Positions 29,371 to 32,000 of a stretch of DNA of 32,000 bases are shown here, in pieces (position 1 is the stretch's first letter; every line of letters begins with the position of its first letter). The translations under genes were made by a program, and so were the position numbers. Source of the DNA: Mycobacterium tuberculosis H37Rv (GTDB lineage Bacteria; Actinomycetota; Actinomycetes; Mycobacteriales; Mycobacteriaceae); assembly GCF_000195955.2 (NCBI RefSeq), contig NC_000962.3, positions 1,140,001 to 1,172,000 on the forward strand, read 5' to 3'. Below the pieces are notes generated by a model. The model was not told the origin of the DNA. It saw only the letters and a program-made list of their open reading frames with translations, and ran no database searches.

Positions 29371-30694
29371 TCGCGTGATCCTTCGAAACGACCAGCAAAA
29401 GTCAATCGAAGGAAATGACGCAATGACCTCTTCTCATCTTATCGACGCCGAGCAGCTTCTGGCTGACCAACTCGCACAGGCGAGCCCGGATCTGCTGCGC
29501 GGGCTGCTCTCGACGTTCATCGCCGCCTTGATGGGGGCTGAAGCCGACGCCCTGTGCGGGGCGGGCTACCGCGAACGCAGCGATGAGCGGTCCAATCAGC
29601 GCAACGGCTACCGCCACCGTGATTTCGACACCCGTGCCGCAACCATCGACGTCGCGATCCCCAAGCTGCGCCAGGGCAGCTATTTCCCGGACTGGCTGCT
29701 GCAGCGCCGCAAGCGAGCTGAACGCGCACTGACCAGCGTGGTGGCGACCTGCTACCTGCTGGGAGTATCCACTCGCCGGATGGAGCGCCTGGTCGAAACA
29801 CTTGGTGTGACAAAGCTTTCCAAGTCGCAAGTGTCGATCATGGCCAAAGAGCTCGACGAAGCCGTAGAGGCGTTTCGGACCCGCCCGCTCGATGCCGGCC
29901 CGTATACCTTCCTCGCCGCCGACGCCCTGGTGCTCAAGGTGCGCGAGGCAGGCCGCGTCGTCGGGGTGCACACCTTGATCGCCACCGGCGTCAACGCCGA
30001 GGGCTACCGAGAGATCCTGGGCATCCAGGTCACCTCCGCCGAGGACGGGGCCGGCTGGCTGGCGTTCTTCCGCGACCTGGTCGCCCGCGGCCTGTCCGGG
30101 GTCGCGCTGGTCACCAGCGACGCCCACGCCGGCCTGGTGGCCGCGATCGGCGCCACCCTGCCCGCAGCGGCCTGGCAGCGCTGCAGAACCCACTACGCAG
30201 CCAATCTGATGGCAGCCACCCCGAAGCCCTCCTGGCCGTGGGTGCGCACCCTGCTGCACTCCATCTACGACCAGCCCGACGCCGAATCAGTTGTTGCCCA
30301 ATATGATCGGGTACTCGACGCTCTGACCGACAAACTCCCCGCGGTGGCCGAGCACCTCGACACCGCCCGCACCGACCTGCTGGCGTTCACCGCCTTCCCC
30401 AAGCAGATCTGGCGCCAAATCTGGTCCAACAACCCCCAGGAACGCCTCAACCGAGAGGTACGACGCCGAACCGACGTCGTGGGCATCTTCCCCGACCGCG
30501 CCTCGATCATCCGCCTCGTCGGAGCCGTCCTCGCCGAACAACACGACGAATGGATCGAAGGACGGCGCTACCTGGGCCTCGAGGTCCTCACCCGAGCCCG
30601 AGCAGCACTGACCAGCACCGAAGAACCCGCCAAGCAGCAAACCACCAACACCCCAGCACTGACCACCTAGACTGCCACCCGAAGGATCACGCGA
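29371..30694 (+). mobile_element. IS1081 (IS256 family), complete 1324-bp copy
   Basis: The perfect 15-bp terminal inverted repeats are TCGCGTGATCCTTCG (29371-29385) and CGAAGGATCACGCGA (30680-30694). The length equals the 1324 bp I recall for IS1081. The flanks (GGCGGTCA | GGAACCTT) show no 8-9-bp direct repeat. Confidence 0.93.
29423..30670 (+). CDS. IS1081 transposase (IS256/mutator family), 415 aa
   Basis: It starts MTSSHLIDAEQLLADQLAQASPDLLRGLL and contains ...NGYRHRDFDTRAATIDVAIPKLRQGSYFPDWL...YTFLAADALVLKVRE...WQRCRTHYAANL..., typical of IS256 transposases. The ATG at 29423 is inside the track ORF 29360-30670. Confidence 0.95.
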   Translation: MTSSHLIDAEQLLADQLAQASPDLLRGLLSTFIAALMGAEADALCGAGYRERSDERSNQRNGYRHRDFDTRAATIDVAIPKLRQGSYFPDWLLQRRKRAERALTSVVATCYLLGVSTRRMERLVETLGVTKLSKSQVSIMAKELDEAVEAFRTRPLDAGPYTFLAADALVLKVREAGRVVGVHTLIATGVNAEGYREILGIQVTSAEDGAGWLAFFRDLVARGLSGVALVTSDAHAGLVAAIGATLPAAAWQRCRTHYAANLMAATPKPSWPWVRTLLHSIYDQPDAESVVAQYDRVLDALTDKLPAVAEHLDTARTDLLAFTAFPKQIWRQIWSNNPQERLNREVRRRTDVVGIFPDRASIIRLVGAVLAEQHDEWIEGRRYLGLEVLTRARAALTSTEEPAKQQTTNTPALTT

Positions 30695-30777
30695 GGAACC
30701 TTCACTCGTACACCACGTCCCTGGCCTTGGCCGAAGGTAGAACGCCAGCACGACTTGCTGTTGTCAACTCTTGCGAG

Positions 30778-31041
30778 TTACGTGAGTGCGGCCGGAGCAC
30801 ACGCTCGTATCGTCGTCACAGTCGAAGGGCGCGATCTTGAGTTCGACGTATCGACCTTCGCCCTTGTGGGCCCGCAGCAGCTGCCCGAAGTCGAGCCGTC
30901 GCAGTAGTGACCGGGGGCCCAGTTAGCGATGGCTTTGTCACTGTGGAGGGTCTCCCTCCCGTAGTGATGCACCACTCGCACGAGAGCCAATTCGGCCGCC
31001 CGTCGCGCCGCAGCAGAGCGCGGTGGCTCTTCGTCGTTCAT
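30778..31041 (-). pseudogene. ORF coupled to Rv1048c (ATGA overlap), probably frameshifted or truncated next to IS1081
   Basis: The ATG at 31041-31039 overlaps the Rv1048c TGA (31040-31038). The first ~45 codons (MNDEEPPRSAAARRAAELALVRVVHHYGRETLHSDKAIANW) look protein-like and the rest looks like junk. A different frame (about 30764-30925) reads LLRRLDFGQLLRAHKGEGRYVELKIAPFDCDDDTSV, which is more protein-like. The locus ends about 70 bp from the IS1081 right end. Confidence 0.35.
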
Positions 31042-32000
31042 TTGGTCATCGCCTCGCGTAGATGTTCCGCCGCGTCTTCGCCGCGGACGCCGGCCGTGCG
31101 TAGGTCGGCGTATACCCTCGGCCATAACATCGACCTAAACCCCTGCAGGTTCTGTTCGGTCAGCCGGGCGCACGCTGGGGTCGGGAAGAAGCGCAATATC
31201 AACCGACCGCCGGCGATTTCCTGCAATCCCGCAGCCATTGCTGCACGGCGAAGATCGCTCCATGATCGCCCGGGCACGTAGATTTCCATCGGAGCTATTT
31301 CCGTCTGCATTGGCGCGAGCAGGCTCGCCGACAACGCGCTTGTGGCTGCCCACTCAATGCCTGCGGCATCCCACAACTGGCCGGCCTTGACCACGCCGGC
31401 AGTCGGATCGCGCCACAGCACACCAGTCGAAATAGAAATCGGCGACCGAAGCTTGTCTGCTGCCTCAGCGTATGCATCCAACAGCGCATCGCGATCAACG
31501 ATCAGGCGCGCCGATTTCGGGCCGCGGGCAGTGGCACTGGCCAGATGGCCGTTTTTTTCGAGAAACTTCAACGCCTGAGCGCTGCTTCCCATCGAGAGAC
31601 CGGTGGCCTCTACAACCGAGGCGACAGTTGGACCGGCGATGTTCGCCAGCAGCGCTTCACATACGGCAAGTGTGGCGCGGCGCCAGCCTATGCGCGCGTC
31701 GAGTGGGGCAGGTGGCGCGCCTTTCGTCTCGATCACCAGAGTGGTTCCAGTTGATGTGTTTCGGTAGTGGATATCGGCAGCGCCCGACTCGTCCACCCAC
31801 CCAACACCGGCGTCATGTGCCGCCTTCCGGGCACCAGGAGACATCGTGGGTGCAGCCAAAATGTCGGGCCGGGATGTGGCGTGGAGTGCCTCGGCTACCT
31901 GACGGGGCCAACCAGTCGTGAGCCAGCGAACCAGGAACTCTGCGCCGTCGAGCGACACAATCACGTCGCGATGAGGGCCGTTTACGCGTCGTGCGCGCAC
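31038..32000 (-). CDS. Conserved hypothetical protein Rv1048c (5' end beyond the window); possible wHTH / AbiEi-like regulator
   Basis: The ORF is open to the window edge (320 codons seen, 371 aa recalled). A central wHTH-like segment reads PTVASVVEATGLSMGSSAQALKFLEKNGHL. The C-terminal tail LWPRVYADLRTAGVRGEDAAEHLREAM resembles tails I associate with AbiEi_3-type antitoxins (memory, unverified). Confidence 0.6.
   Translation of the reverse strand: MRARRVNGPHRDVIVSLDGAEFLVRWLTTGWPRQVAEALHATSRPDILAAPTMSPGARKAAHDAGVGWVDESGAADIHYRNTSTGTTLVIETKGAPPAPLDARIGWRRATLAVCEALLANIAGPTVASVVEATGLSMGSSAQALKFLEKNGHLASATARGPKSARLIVDRDALLDAYAEAADKLRSPISISTGVLWRDPTAGVVKAGQLWDAAGIEWAATSALSASLLAPMQTEIAPMEIYVPGRSWSDLRRAAMAAGLQEIAGGRLILRFFPTPACARLTEQNLQGFRSMLWPRVYADLRTAGVRGEDAAEHLREAMTK

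Overview
The window reads as Mycobacterium tuberculosis complex chromosome. From memory, not from a search, the gene order matches H37Rv Rv1020 to Rv1048c at about 1.140-1.172 Mb. Bases 1-18.8 kb are ordinary core genome: mfd (5' end off-window), mazG, lpqU, eno, an FtsB-like gene, a DUF501 gene, ppx2, the divergent kdpDE / kdpFABC potassium-uptake locus, and trcRS. From 18.8 kb the window becomes accessory and mosaic:
- a decayed IS1560-like IS5-family element
- the ESX-5a paralogue block esxI-esxJ-PPE15-PE8
- a HipA-like kinase gene broken and inverted at the edge of an IS427-group 'IS-like-2' element
- an 80-bp array with 5-bp phased CC dinucleotides
- an orphan cytosolic trypsin-like protease (Rv1043c)
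- the AbiEi/AbiEii-type module menA3-menT3 (Rv1044/Rv1045)
- a poorly coding stretch (Rv1046c)
- a complete 1324-bp IS1081 with no target-site duplication
- Rv1048c, whose 5' end runs off the window and which is start/stop-coupled to a damaged downstream ORF

I saw no rRNA, tRNA or CRISPR array. The observations most worth a second look are:
1. The IS-associated inversion of the HipA-like gene.
2. The phased repeat array.
3. A winged-helix ORF between ppx2 and kdpE that is interrupted by one in-frame TAA.
4. A 48-codon membrane ORF coupled to kdpF.
5. A palindromic, AT-rich putative operator that overlaps the annotated menA3 start.
6. The Rv1043c protease and the Rv1048c remnant as possible parts of a defence/TA island.

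All family assignments rest on motifs read by eye. No database or HMM search was run.
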